A DNA stretch of 24,000 bases from contig JBOGSA010000002.1 in assembly GCA_050749785.1 (NCBI GenBank), positions 37,447 to 61,446 of the forward strand. Direction: 5' to 3'. The DNA is from Candidatus Micrarchaeales archaeon. GTDB lineage: Archaea; Micrarchaeota; Micrarchaeia; Micrarchaeales; CABMGC01. Of the stretch, positions 1-8,774 are shown piece by piece; the stretch's first letter is position 1, and the number at the start of each line of letters is the position of its first letter. Below the pieces are notes generated by a model. That model saw only the letters and a list, made by a program, of their open reading frames with translations. It had not been told where the DNA came from and did no database searches. A program made the position numbers and the translations under genes.

Positions 1-1
1 G

Positions 2-220
2 AAGATCCCAAGAGTTATCGGAAAGGCAAACACAATGATTCAGCAGATAAAGGACGGAACAAAGAGTGTGGTCATTGTCGGGATGAACGGCAGGATCTGG
101 GCCAAGGGCGGAGATGTCTCACTAGCTACTGATATAATACTTAAGATAAGCGAGGAAGCGCACACCAACGGACTTACCGAGAGGGTGAAGGCTCTTCTGG
201 GCGCAAAGCAGGGTGCTTAA
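2..220 (+). CDS. rrp4: Exosome complex RNA-binding protein Rrp4, C-terminal (KH domain) part; 5-prime end lies outside the window
   Basis: The frame is open from base 2 (KIPRVIGKANTMIQQIKDGT...IVGMNGRIWAKGG), which looks like a KH domain. It sits directly upstream of rrp41/rrp42, as in the conserved archaeal exosome operon. Confidence 0.85.
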   Translation, partial: KIPRVIGKANTMIQQIKDGTKSVVIVGMNGRIWAKGGDVSLATDIILKISEEAHTNGLTERVKALLGAKQGA

Positions 221-221
221 C

Positions 222-962
222 ATGAGTTCAAGTGGAAACAAACCGGATTTGATAATAGATGGAAAGAGGCTGGACGGACGAGCTTTCGGAGAGCTGCGAC
301 CAATCAAGATAGTCGCAGGCGGACTCAAGAACGCAGCCGGCTCAGCATACCTGGAATGGGGCAACAACAAGGTGCTTGCAGCGGTATACGGGCCAAAGGA
401 GGCGCTCCCAAAGCACACCCAGGACCCAGAGAAGGCTGTGGTAAAGTGCAAGTACTCGATGGCACCGTTCTCTTCGCTTGAGGAGCACAACAGGTCAGGC
501 CCCAACAGGAGAGCTATCGAGATTTCGAAGGTCACAAGAGAGGTGTTTGAGAAGGTCATATTACTTGAAGATTTCCCGGGCAGCGAGATTGACATATTCG
601 TAGAGGTTCTGCAAAGCGACGGAGGAACAAGGGCAGCGGGAATAACATGCGCAGCTGTTGCGCTTGCAACATCAGGCATACCTATGACCGATCTGCCATA
701 CGCAGTCTCTATCGGAAAGGTCGGCGATACGCTCATACTCGACCTTAACAAGGCAGAGGACAACTACTCAGATGCGGACATGCCAGTTGCAATCGGGCCT
801 AGAAACGACGACATTCTTTTGCTTCAGATGGACGGTACATTGACAAAGGAAGACGTGAGCACTGGTTTCAAGATGATCAAGGAAGCCGGAAAGACGATAA
901 CAAAGCTGCAAAGAGATGCGCTCACATCACCGTATGAGCGCATTCTGGAGAGATACAAGTAA
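222..962 (+). CDS. rrp41: Exosome complex exonuclease Rrp41 (RNase PH family)
   Basis: RNase PH-like sequence (DGRAFGELRPIKIVAGGLKNAAGSAYLEWGNNKVLAAVYGPKE, DGGTRAAGITCAAVALA). ATG at 222 follows the rrp4 stop (218-220). The track start at 213 is a GTG alternative. Confidence 0.9.
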   Translation: MSSSGNKPDLIIDGKRLDGRAFGELRPIKIVAGGLKNAAGSAYLEWGNNKVLAAVYGPKEALPKHTQDPEKAVVKCKYSMAPFSSLEEHNRSGPNRRAIEISKVTREVFEKVILLEDFPGSEIDIFVEVLQSDGGTRAAGITCAAVALATSGIPMTDLPYAVSIGKVGDTLILDLNKAEDNYSDADMPVAIGPRNDDILLLQMDGTLTKEDVSTGFKMIKEAGKTITKLQRDALTSPYERILERYK

Positions 963-970
963 GTGATAAC

Positions 971-1765
971 ATGAATCCATTAAAAGCTGTAAAAGGAGAA
1001 TATGTAAAGGAGATGCTCAGCAAGGGCACAAGAGAGGAAGGCAGAGAGATGCTTGAGTATAGGCCGATAAAGATAAGGCACAGCCTGCTTCCAAACGCAG
1101 AAGGCTCTGCGCAAGTAGAAATCGGCAACACAAAGGTTTTGGTTGGAATCAAGCTTGATGTTGCAACCCCGATGGCAGACAAGCCGACGGATGGAAATCT
1201 GATGACAATGGCAGAACTGCTTCCGCTTGCATCACCTGACTACGAATCAGGACCACCAAGCCCGGATTCAATCGAACTCGCAAGAGTTGTAGACAGGGGA
1301 ATAAGGGCAGCAGGAGTAGTTGACCTTTCATCGCTCTTCATAGAGACTGATAAGGTATGGTCTGTTTTCGTCGACATCTATGTTCTGAACTACGATGGCA
1401 ACCTCTTTGACGCATGCACACTTGCTGCAATGGCGGCACTCAACAACACAAGAATGCCGATATACGATTCGCAGAACAAGAGCACAATCAGGGAAGGCAA
1501 GCTTGAAAAGCTAAAGATAAGCAACATGGTGACGTCTTGCACATTCGCAAAGGTTAACGGCAAGATACTCCTTGATGCCGATGGGGCAGAAGAAGGAGTG
1601 ATGGAGGGCAGAGTCACGATTGCAACTGACGACAAAGTGATAAGGGCAATGCAGAAGGGATTGCCTGGCGCTTTTAGCGAACAAGAGCTCGACCACCTAA
1701 TCGACAAGACATTCGAAAAGGCTAAAGAGCTTAGAGACATAATAAATAGCAGCACAAGTGATTAG
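971..1765 (+). CDS. rrp42: Exosome complex subunit Rrp42 (RNase PH-like, inactive subunit)
   Basis: RNase PH-like second subunit (REMLEYRPIKIRHSLLPNAEGSAQVEIGNTKVLVGIK) in the conserved position after rrp41. Confidence 0.9.
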   Translation: MNPLKAVKGEYVKEMLSKGTREEGREMLEYRPIKIRHSLLPNAEGSAQVEIGNTKVLVGIKLDVATPMADKPTDGNLMTMAELLPLASPDYESGPPSPDSIELARVVDRGIRAAGVVDLSSLFIETDKVWSVFVDIYVLNYDGNLFDACTLAAMAALNNTRMPIYDSQNKSTIREGKLEKLKISNMVTSCTFAKVNGKILLDADGAEEGVMEGRVTIATDDKVIRAMQKGLPGAFSEQELDHLIDKTFEKAKELRDIINSSTSD

Positions 1766-2005
1766 ATGGCAAACGCTAGCATTAGATACGGAGTCAGCCT
1801 CAGAAAGAGGTTACGATCGGTACAAAAAGAGAAGAAGGGACGCTACAAGTGCGATGTTTGCGGAAAGGAAGCAGTCAAGCGCGTAAGCACCGGAATATGG
1901 ACCTGCAGAAGTTGCGGGGCAACATATGCAGGAGGAGCGTATTCGATGAAGACAGCAACTGGCGACACCTTCAACAGGGTAATCAACCAATTGAGTGGGA
2001 AATAA
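1766..2005 (+). CDS. rpl37ae: Ribosomal protein L37Ae (eL43)
   Basis: Zn-ribbon C-x2-C...C-x2-C (YKCDVCGKEAVKRVSTGIWTCRSCGATYAGGAY). ATG immediately follows the rrp42 stop. Confidence 0.9.
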   Translation: MANASIRYGVSLRKRLRSVQKEKKGRYKCDVCGKEAVKRVSTGIWTCRSCGATYAGGAYSMKTATGDTFNRVINQLSGK

Positions 2006-2364
2006 TGGCAAAGATATCTTACCTGCCAACGCAGGAACTAATAGTCCACGATGTAATATCTCTCCAGAAGGAGGATATGCTCAGGGCGAATGTCACCCCG
2101 AACGGCAACATGCCGCTGTATTGGTGCGATGGAATGCTCTATAGCTTCTCGTCCCCGCCCGCAACAGAGGAAGTCATCGCAGACATGCTCAAGGGAAGGA
2201 TACACTGGCTTGAAGTAAGATATTCAAAGATGGAGAAGTTCCAGAGCATGCTCTCGCTCAACGAGGAGGAGTACAAGGCGACGATGAACTTTAGGATAAT
2301 AAGTACAGACAAGTTCGATCTTCATAAGGAATTCATAAAGTGGCTAAAGACTCATATAAAATAA
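2006..2364 (+). CDS. Hypothetical 119-aa protein embedded in the exosome/ribosomal superoperon
   Basis: ATG at 2006 directly abuts the rpl37ae stop. The track ORF 1849-2364 extends upstream only by overlapping rpl37ae. I recognise no family. Confidence 0.6.
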
Positions 2365-2374
2365 TGGTGAAAAA

Positions 2375-2509
2375 ATGGGATACGTTTGTTTGCACTGCGG
2401 GAAGAAGATAAAGGCGATAGGGCCGAATTTCATAAGGTGCCCGTTCTGCGGCTACAGGGTACTTGCGAAGGAGAGATCATCTCTTGCAAGAGAAGTCGCC
2501 ACGGATTAA
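2375..2509 (+). CDS. rpoP: DNA-directed RNA polymerase subunit P (Rpo12/RpoP), 44 aa
   Basis: Hand-translated: MGYVCLHCGKKIKAIGPNFIRCPFCGYRVLAKERSSLAREVATD. It has the C-x2-C...C-P-x-C-G-x-R-[IV]-L-x-K pattern of RpoP/RPABC4 and the expected superoperon context. It is below the 60-aa track cutoff. Confidence 0.8.
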   Translation: MGYVCLHCGKKIKAIGPNFIRCPFCGYRVLAKERSSLAREVATD

Positions 2510-2632
2510 GCTAATTCTACACATCACGCATCTGGCATAGGTTTGCCCATGCACCGCATTTAAATTAAACCGGAAAAGAAAAGGTTAATAATAATGAGAA
2601 TCCACTTCACTTAAGAATTACGCGTTGGTAAA

Positions 2633-3724
2633 ATGAGCGAAAAAGTAGTAGATGCATGGGGGTCTGCGGAAGTTTCAATAGACGAGAAACTCATCCATCA
2701 ATTCGGGCTCAAGACATTCTCAGCTGAAGAACTTAAGCACTACAAGCACTACCTGTTCGAAAGAGGCATAGTGGTGGCCCACAGAGATTTCGACCTAATC
2801 AAAAACAGAACGCAGCACGATCAAAACTTTATCCAAGTAACGGGTATAGCATCGACAGGCCAGCTGCATCTTGGGCATAAGGTGGACATAGACCTTTTCA
2901 TGTTCCTTAACAAATTAGGTGCAAAAAGCTATTTTGTTGTGAGCGACATCGATGCCTACACATCAAGACCAAACACAGCAGTCCCAAGCATGGAAGCAGC
3001 AAAGCAAAATGCGGTTGGCAATGTTGCGGATCTTCTCGCACTGGGCGTAGATAAAGGTGACATATACATCCAGAGTAGAAAGGAACCAAGATACTACGAG
3101 TTTGCATTTGAACTATCAAAAATCCTCACAGAGAACGAGATCAAGGCGATATATGGCTCACTTAATCCGGGAAAGATAGTCGCAAACCTGCTGCAATATG
3201 CCGACATATTGCATCCGCAGCTAAAGGAATTCAACGGCCCAATGCCATCGATAACCGGAATTGGCATAGAACAAGATCCTCATGCAAGGGCCGTGCGCGA
3301 TATCGCAAGACGCCTGCCTTACAAATTCATCTCGCCAAGTTTCATCTACTTCACGCATCAGCCAGGCCTGCAGCAGGACAAGAAGATGAGCAAGTCCGAA
3401 CCTGATACTGCAGTATTCCTATCAGATTCAGCAAAGGAGATAAAACGAAAGATAAACAAGGCGTACTCTGGCGGACGCGACAGCGTAGAGGAGCAGAGAA
3501 GGCTCGGTGGAAATCCGGATATTGACCGCGCATTTGCGATTCTCAAGTACCACCATCCAGATACAGAACTTGTGAATGAGATACACGATAAATATGCAAG
3601 CGGGAAACTCCTGAGCGGTGAGCTCAAGCAGATATGCATAGAGTTCCTTACAGAAATCCTTGCAAAACATCAGGAAAAGGTTGAAAAGCTAAAGTCTGCT
3701 GCAGAAAAGATCGTATACGGGTAA
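2633..3724 (+). CDS. trpS: Tryptophanyl-tRNA synthetase (archaeal/eukaryotic type)
   Basis: Class I motifs HLGH and KMSKS. The N-terminal W..AEVSIDEKLIHQFG, RGIVVAHRDFDLI and C-terminal GGNPDIDRAF...SGKLLSGELKQ resemble the TrpRS pattern rather than TyrRS. Confidence 0.85.
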   Translation: MSEKVVDAWGSAEVSIDEKLIHQFGLKTFSAEELKHYKHYLFERGIVVAHRDFDLIKNRTQHDQNFIQVTGIASTGQLHLGHKVDIDLFMFLNKLGAKSYFVVSDIDAYTSRPNTAVPSMEAAKQNAVGNVADLLALGVDKGDIYIQSRKEPRYYEFAFELSKILTENEIKAIYGSLNPGKIVANLLQYADILHPQLKEFNGPMPSITGIGIEQDPHARAVRDIARRLPYKFISPSFIYFTHQPGLQQDKKMSKSEPDTAVFLSDSAKEIKRKINKAYSGGRDSVEEQRRLGGNPDIDRAFAILKYHHPDTELVNEIHDKYASGKLLSGELKQICIEFLTEILAKHQEKVEKLKSAAEKIVYG

Positions 3725-3728
3725 AAAC

Positions 3729-4064
3729 ATGGATGAGAACACAACGCCTCCACCCCCTGCTGATCCTATAGTTACTCAAAACCAGCAGAAAAAACCAAAT
3801 CCATTTGCAGGCGTGTGGAAAGACAAGAAGTATGTCACAGTTTTCATAATCGCCCTACTTATCGGATTTTTTGTATCTCAGCCGCTTGCTATAATACTTA
3901 TACTAATCAATTTGGCTTGGTATGGAAGAGCACACGGAATATTTAAGAGCGATAAGGATGCAGCGAAATTTGCAGGAAAGCAGCTTGGAATAATACTTAT
4001 TACATTTACCGTGGTAGTAGCTGTAGTTCTACTTATACTGTATTTTGCCGGAGTTTTCTCCTAA
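3729..4064 (+). CDS. Small membrane protein (Pro-rich N-terminus, about three predicted TM helices)
   Basis: Hydrophobic stretches VTVFIIALLIGFFV, LAIILILINLAWY and LGIILITFTVVVAVVLLILYFAGVF. Starts 4 nt after the trpS stop. Confidence 0.6.
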   Translation: MDENTTPPPPADPIVTQNQQKKPNPFAGVWKDKKYVTVFIIALLIGFFVSQPLAIILILINLAWYGRAHGIFKSDKDAAKFAGKQLGIILITFTVVVAVVLLILYFAGVFS

Positions 4065-4078
4065 GGCTCCTCGCTCTG

Positions 4079-4624
4079 CTACGGTCCAAGTCTCTCCTTA
4101 AGGTTTAGGTACATGAAGACATTGTCTATGTAGGTTCTCCTTCTCTTCAGGCCGTTAGGCAAAACCCCAAATTCAACAAAGCCCACCTTCTTATACAGCT
4201 TCTTAGCATCGTTTGTTGCAAATACCGAGAGCCTGAGCATCTCAAACTTATGTTTAGATCTTTCAATGATGTCTCTAAGGAGCATCTCTCCTATACCAAT
4301 GCCACGCGAATCCTTTCTGATTGCAATACCAAGTTCTGCAATGTGGAGTGTCTCTGCCATTCTCTTGTATCTATGCACATCACACATCCCAACAACATGA
4401 CCGTTTCGCTCGGCTATCGATGCGATAGCATCCCCCCTTTTGATATCCTTCATGAGGCCAGCAAACCACTTGCGCTCCTCTTTCAGTGTCGGTATCTTAG
4501 GCTGCGAGCTCAGGCCAAAATGAACATCACGTTTGATCTCCTTCTGGTAAGAGTAGTAGTTCTTAATCAGGGCTTCCCTGTCCCTGCGTTCTACTGGCCG
4601 AATGATAAAAAGTGTGCCCTCCAT
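4079..4624 (-). CDS. GNAT-family N-acetyltransferase
   Basis: Acetyl-CoA binding core (LGIAIRKDSRGIGIGEMLLRDIIERSK...ATNDAKKLYKKVGF) typical of GNAT motif A/B. Confidence 0.8.
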   Translation of the reverse strand: MEGTLFIIRPVERRDREALIKNYYSYQKEIKRDVHFGLSSQPKIPTLKEERKWFAGLMKDIKRGDAIASIAERNGHVVGMCDVHRYKRMAETLHIAELGIAIRKDSRGIGIGEMLLRDIIERSKHKFEMLRLSVFATNDAKKLYKKVGFVEFGVLPNGLKRRRTYIDNVFMYLNLKERLGP

Positions 4625-4679
4625 GATATAATTTGGCTTTCAGGGTTTTTAGTGCTAATCTACTGTTTGTATAATTAGA

Positions 4680-4916
4680 TTATTTGGCGCTGACTATGAT
4701 TGTTTCAGCAACGTTCTTCACTCGGTCGTAGAGGATCCTGTGTTTCGAAAGCTGACTCCTTACATCATCGCTCTTTGCGAGCTGTTCCATCTTCACAAGA
4801 AGCAGATGAGCGACCTTACCTTCCTCTAAGTCCAACACAACTTCCTTAACGTCTCCGAGTATGCTTCCTGTATTAGTAATTATCTTCTTCCCGTAAAGTT
4901 CCGATATGTAGACCAT
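4680..4916 (-). CDS. PRC-barrel domain protein
   Basis: The N-terminus (ISELYGKKIITNTGSILGDVKEVVLDLEEGKVAHLLL) matches the PRC-barrel pattern. It is the last gene of the minus-strand operon with the histone. Confidence 0.7.
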   Translation of the reverse strand: MVYISELYGKKIITNTGSILGDVKEVVLDLEEGKVAHLLLVKMEQLAKSDDVRSQLSKHRILYDRVKNVAETIIVSAK

Positions 4917-4920
4917 GTCC

Positions 4921-5481
4921 TCACTTGTTTATCTTCATCCTTGCAAGCTTTTTAGAAGCGAATATCCGTATCATATACTCCTGTATCTCTTTGATAAAGG
5001 CCGCCTCGTTGGTCTTGCGCATCTTCTCCTCATCGGGCTCAAAGAGGCCTACATTTCTGACAACAAGATTTTTGAGGTAGCTTTGGGTTATGGAATAAAG
5101 TTTCTTTTTGCAGTTGCTGCACACAAAGAGTGGGATAACGGGCACTGTTGTTATTGCAGACGGGTGCACGAGGTCCATCTCCCTGCTTATCTTTCCATTT
5201 GTGCAAGTCTCGCATGTTGCATTCACCTTTACATGCTCGTAGTTATCCACATTTTTTATCATGATCTTTTCCGTCACATTCTTCAGATGCACCGCAATCT
5301 CGGCGAGCGGCTCCTTTGACTTGTTGTATGTCTGATCAAGGACTTCCCCGTCCTTGCTGAATTCAGAAACTAGGACTCCATGCGCAGTTTTTTCTATAAC
5401 AGCAAACGCTTTCTGCCCCTCAAACTCATAGAAATCGGTCCTGTACCTTCCATCAGGGCTTTTGTGAACCTCGAGCACCAT
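4921..5481 (-). CDS. Hypothetical protein with a putative Zn-ribbon (C-x2-C ... C-x2-C)
   Basis: The pairs CETC and CSNC lie about 35 aa apart. Its start codon abuts the histone stop (5481/5482). No family recognised. Confidence 0.6.
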   Translation of the reverse strand: MVLEVHKSPDGRYRTDFYEFEGQKAFAVIEKTAHGVLVSEFSKDGEVLDQTYNKSKEPLAEIAVHLKNVTEKIMIKNVDNYEHVKVNATCETCTNGKISREMDLVHPSAITTVPVIPLFVCSNCKKKLYSITQSYLKNLVVRNVGLFEPDEEKMRKTNEAAFIKEIQEYMIRIFASKKLARMKINK

Positions 5482-5718
5482 TCACTCACAGTCTATTACG
5501 TATTTTGCAACGTCCTCCTTTGTTATCTTTGCCCTCCCTTGCTTCTTTGCGTTCTTTACCGCGTACTTTGATATCTTCACTGCCTTCTTTTCGAGTATCC
5601 GGCCCAGCGCGCTCGCGCCGTCGTCGGTTATGTTGACGTTCGCATACCGCTTGATAAGCTTCTTTATCGCTTCATTAGGTATGTTCGCCACATTATCAGC
5701 ACTCAAGATCGTCATCAT
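5482..5718 (-). CDS. Archaeal histone-fold protein
   Basis: 78 aa. The pattern IPNEAIKKLIKRYANVNITDDGASALGRILEKKAVKISKYAVKNAKKQGRAKITKEDV parallels the HMf-type histone fold (helix-loop-helix-loop-helix, R-x-T-[IV]-x-x-x-D). Confidence 0.8.
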   Translation of the reverse strand: MMTILSADNVANIPNEAIKKLIKRYANVNITDDGASALGRILEKKAVKISKYAVKNAKKQGRAKITKEDVAKYVIDCE

Positions 5719-5874
5719 GTGTTTCAGACTTGATCTTACTCATCACACACCTATTCTGGTAGAGAGCTAATTTATAACCTTCCTCTTGCTTCCGCTATTC
5801 TCCTTGAAAACGTAAAAAACAAAGTTGTAGATTTGATTTATAAAGTCCGAAAAGAAGAATATTAGTGTGAAACG

Positions 5875-6339
5875 ATGGCATATGTTTTCCAACCAAAAGA
5901 TGCGGGCGCAAGAAGCGACCAGACGCTAGCACTTGCCATCAAGGTCGGAGAGGTGATAAGGGGGACGAACCTCGGCGCAGAAGTGGTTAACGATCTGATA
6001 AACGCATGCAATCTAGAGCAGAGCCTAAAGAACGAGGTGAGGAAGGTATTCCGCTCAATCGGCGAGGAGATACCACAAGAGGAGCCGGTAACATACAAAG
6101 GCCACACGGTTAAACTCAAGCAGAAGAACAAGATAAGGAGGATTGCACTAAAGTACCCTGACCAGATAATGGGCACAATAGCGATTGCAAGAATGCTCAA
6201 CCTTGAGAGGGCGGTGGCAATACTTAAGAGGGAACTTGCCAAGCAGCAATCTAAATCCGATCCGCTGATGGACAAGCTCGCACTCTCGAGCTTCAACTAC
6301 GAAGTGAGAAAGATAGAGAACAGGAAGCTTGGCTTCTAA
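5875..6339 (+). CDS. Hypothetical 154-aa protein
   Basis: Long ORF preceded by a TTTATAAA box about 35 nt upstream. No family recognised. The antisense ORFs 5862-6296 and 6148-6540 are treated as shadows. Confidence 0.6.
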   Translation: MAYVFQPKDAGARSDQTLALAIKVGEVIRGTNLGAEVVNDLINACNLEQSLKNEVRKVFRSIGEEIPQEEPVTYKGHTVKLKQKNKIRRIALKYPDQIMGTIAIARMLNLERAVAILKRELAKQQSKSDPLMDKLALSSFNYEVRKIENRKLGF

Positions 6340-6391
6340 AGCTTCTAAACTTATATATCTATTCCCGACTGAAGTAGTATTGGTGTTTTCT

Positions 6392-6712
6392 ATGGCAGTA
6401 GATGATATTAACAAGGATAAATTCGACGCAGACGTATTGAATTCCAGCACTCCGGTAGTGGTGGACTTCTGGGCAGAGTGGTGCGGACCGTGCAGGGTAT
6501 TCTCCCCTATAGTCGAGGAGGTCTCAGGCGAGTTTGACAAGAAGGTAAAGTTTTACAAGCTAAACGTGGATGATAATCCTGAAATCGCAGAAAGGTACAA
6601 TGTGATGAGCATTCCAACGGCGGTTCTTTTCGAGAAAGGGGAAGTCAAGGCGGTGTCGATAGGCGCACTGCCAAAGGAGAGCCTCAAGAAATGGATATCG
6701 ACAAACCTATGA
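6392..6712 (+). CDS. trxA: Thioredoxin
   Basis: Canonical WCGPC active site (VVVDFWAEWCGPCRVFSP) and thioredoxin length when started at ATG 6392. The track start at 6329 adds a hydrophobic extension. Confidence 0.92.
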   Translation: MAVDDINKDKFDADVLNSSTPVVVDFWAEWCGPCRVFSPIVEEVSGEFDKKVKFYKLNVDDNPEIAERYNVMSIPTAVLFEKGEVKAVSIGALPKESLKKWISTNL

Positions 6713-6724
6713 TTGGTGCTTTTT

Positions 6725-7993
6725 ATGCCACTCTCACAGCCAAGGGGCGTTAGGGACTTCGGACCCGCAGATGCCATTGCAAGGAAGAGAATAATCGCGG
6801 TTGTAGAAGAGACATTCAAGAGATTCGGATTTTTGTTCATAGAAACGCCGGCAATCGAGAACCTAGAAGTTCTCAACACAAAAGCGTACGGCGACGAGGC
6901 CTCAAAGCAGATCTACAAAATACAAGACGATGATTCTGCGCTCAGGTTCGATCTTACAATCCCAATGGCTAGATATGTCGCGATGAACGGCAACATGCCG
7001 CTGCCATTCAAGAGATACCAGATTGGCCAGACATGGAGACGCGACGAGCCGCAGAAGATGCGCTATAGGGAATTCACGCAAGCAGACATCGATATAGTTG
7101 GAGGCGCCGGCCCGGAAAACGATGCAGAGATAATCGCCGCATCATCTTTTGCGCTTGAGGAACTGGGGCTCACCGACTACAAAATCCTGCTAAACAGCAG
7201 AATAATACTCAATGCAGTGATGGAGTCATTTGGAATCGGCGCAGAGAATCAAGCAGCCGCGATAAGAACGCTTGACAAGCTCGCAAAGGTGAGCATCCAG
7301 GAGACAGAGGACCAAATCGCAAAGCTTACGGATGCAAGGAATGCAGAAAAGCTCGTGGAATTCATAACCCAAGAGGGATTAAACGAAGAGAAGCTCGAGA
7401 GGATTGCGGCAAACATCACAGAAACAAAAGTGGAGGTTGACAAGCTGCAGAAGCTAATCGAACTGATCCGCACCTACAAACTGCGCGGCGAAGTTGTCTT
7501 CTCACCATCGCTTGCCCGCGGGCTTGACTACTACACAAGCTTCGTGTGGGAGTTCGTGATCACCTACAATGGAAAGACGCTGCCCACAATCGCCGCTGGC
7601 GGAAGGTACGACAATTTGATGGAATTATACTCAAAGAAGAGCATGCCGGCGGTCGGATGCTCAATCGGGATCGATAGGGTCTTTGATGTGATCGAGACGC
7701 AGCCGATGCAAGCACCAACTTCGAAACTATTTGTTGCTGTCATAGGTGATGAAAATTACAATTACGCACTCACAATCGCAAGCAGTGCACGCGCAAAAGG
7801 AATCTACACCGACATAAACACCACAAAGCGCAACATCTCAAAACAATTAGAGTATGCAAACGCACTTAAATTCAGATATGCAATAATAGTAGGTAATCAG
7901 GAGAGGTCTGCAAACAAGCTAAAGCTCAGGGATCTTGCAAGCGGCGATGAGGAATTGCTCTCGCTTGATGAGGCAATGCAGAAGATCGGGTAA
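6725..7993 (+). CDS. hisS: Histidyl-tRNA synthetase
   Basis: Class II HisRS motifs: PRGVRDFGP, YQIGQTWRRDEPQKMRYREFTQADIDIVG, GGRYDNL, GCSIGIDR. ATG at 6725; the track start at 6713 is TTG. Confidence 0.92.
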   Translation: MPLSQPRGVRDFGPADAIARKRIIAVVEETFKRFGFLFIETPAIENLEVLNTKAYGDEASKQIYKIQDDDSALRFDLTIPMARYVAMNGNMPLPFKRYQIGQTWRRDEPQKMRYREFTQADIDIVGGAGPENDAEIIAASSFALEELGLTDYKILLNSRIILNAVMESFGIGAENQAAAIRTLDKLAKVSIQETEDQIAKLTDARNAEKLVEFITQEGLNEEKLERIAANITETKVEVDKLQKLIELIRTYKLRGEVVFSPSLARGLDYYTSFVWEFVITYNGKTLPTIAAGGRYDNLMELYSKKSMPAVGCSIGIDRVFDVIETQPMQAPTSKLFVAVIGDENYNYALTIASSARAKGIYTDINTTKRNISKQLEYANALKFRYAIIVGNQERSANKLKLRDLASGDEELLSLDEAMQKIG

Positions 7994-7997
7994 GAAA

Positions 7998-8492
7998 ATG
8001 GCAAAGGATGAAGTAAGCAAGGTAACGCACGACGCGCTCCAAGAAGGCGGAGTTCTAGCCAAGCTTTATTTTGACATGCACAGCGAGAAAGAGGAGGATC
8101 TGCAGCCGCTGATGACAGATCTGATAAGCAATAGGCTGCTCAAGACGCCGGGCGTAATATACTGCGTGGGTGAGATTGCCGAGCCAATAAAAATAGAGGA
8201 GATTTATTCCACCAACGCCGTGGCAACAATACTCTTCAAGGACATCGGTGCTCTGATAAACGTCACATTCAACTACGCACCAGCCGGCATCGAGATAATA
8301 AAACCAGAAAAGGAGGTTGCGATAAAGGTTAGCGAGCTCCAATCCATACTTCTCGACCTATCGAAAGTTGCGATGGAGTATTCACAGTTCATACTCAGCC
8401 GGGTCCTTTCAAAGGAGGACTACGAAAAAGTGCAGGGCGACCTCAAGAACAGGGAACTCGTGGGAAAGAGGCTGCTCGAGAAGAAGGAGTAG
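7998..8492 (+). CDS. Hypothetical 164-aa protein (gene X; left flank of the cassette array)
   Basis: ATG at 7998, 4 nt after the hisS stop. Its last 86 codons are duplicated at 11067-11327 with a purifying-selection pattern, which argues for a real, conserved gene. Family not recognised. Confidence 0.7.
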   Translation: MAKDEVSKVTHDALQEGGVLAKLYFDMHSEKEEDLQPLMTDLISNRLLKTPGVIYCVGEIAEPIKIEEIYSTNAVATILFKDIGALINVTFNYAPAGIEIIKPEKEVAIKVSELQSILLDLSKVAMEYSQFILSRVLSKEDYEKVQGDLKNRELVGKRLLEKKE

Positions 8493-8524
8493 TAGTTTGG
8501 TTATAAACGAATCTTGTAATCAGC

Positions 8525-8532
8525 TTTATAAA
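8525..8532 (+). promoter_or_regulatory. TATA-like box (TTTATAAA) inside a 36-nt block conserved at the left edge of both cassettes
   Basis: Block 8497-8532 aligns with 11419-11454 at about 27/36 identity and ends in an identical TTTATAAA. It lies upstream of small gene E in both copies. Confidence 0.5.
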
Positions 8533-8588
8533 TAAGGGCAAACAACATTAACTTGAAGCAAGAACCATATTTGCAACTGCGTGAAAAA

Positions 8589-8774
8589 ATGGGCGGAACA
8601 ATAAATAAGAACGGCAAACTGTATAAAACAGAAAGAAGGATAACCTTCGTTATGTCACCTAAGAATGGTTGCCCACGTTTCAGCATAACGGGAAACGTAA
8701 CAAAATTCAGAGACGACTTTGGCGGCAGAGTTAAATCAAAAGGAAAGCTTATAAGACACTTTACCTCTGTTTAA
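8589..8774 (+). CDS. Cassette 1 small protein E1 (61 aa), function unknown
   Basis: ATG 8589 within track ORF 8553-8774. An ungapped alignment with hand-translated E2 shares CPR..(I/V).G..(V)KF.DD(F/Y). Position and the 3-prime/3-prime overlap with R are conserved in both cassettes. Confidence 0.45.
   Translation: MGGTINKNGKLYKTERRITFVMSPKNGCPRFSITGNVTKFRDDFGGRVKSKGKLIRHFTSV

Noticed and set aside
122-763. Long antisense ORFs opposite housekeeping genes (122-763, 1390-1755, 5862-6296, 6148-6540, 6553-6879, 16072-16503, 17546-17899, 18653-18964, 21701-22158, 23307-23787)
   Set aside because: Each is fully covered by a recognisable gene on the other strand. Each has Ser/Leu/Cys/Pro-biased, low-complexity composition typical of shadow ORFs.
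1849-2005. Upstream extension of the 171-aa track ORF (1849-2364) overlapping rpl37ae
   Set aside because: The extension is an off-frame read of the L37Ae gene. ATG 2006 abuts the rpl37ae stop and gives a compact operon arrangement.
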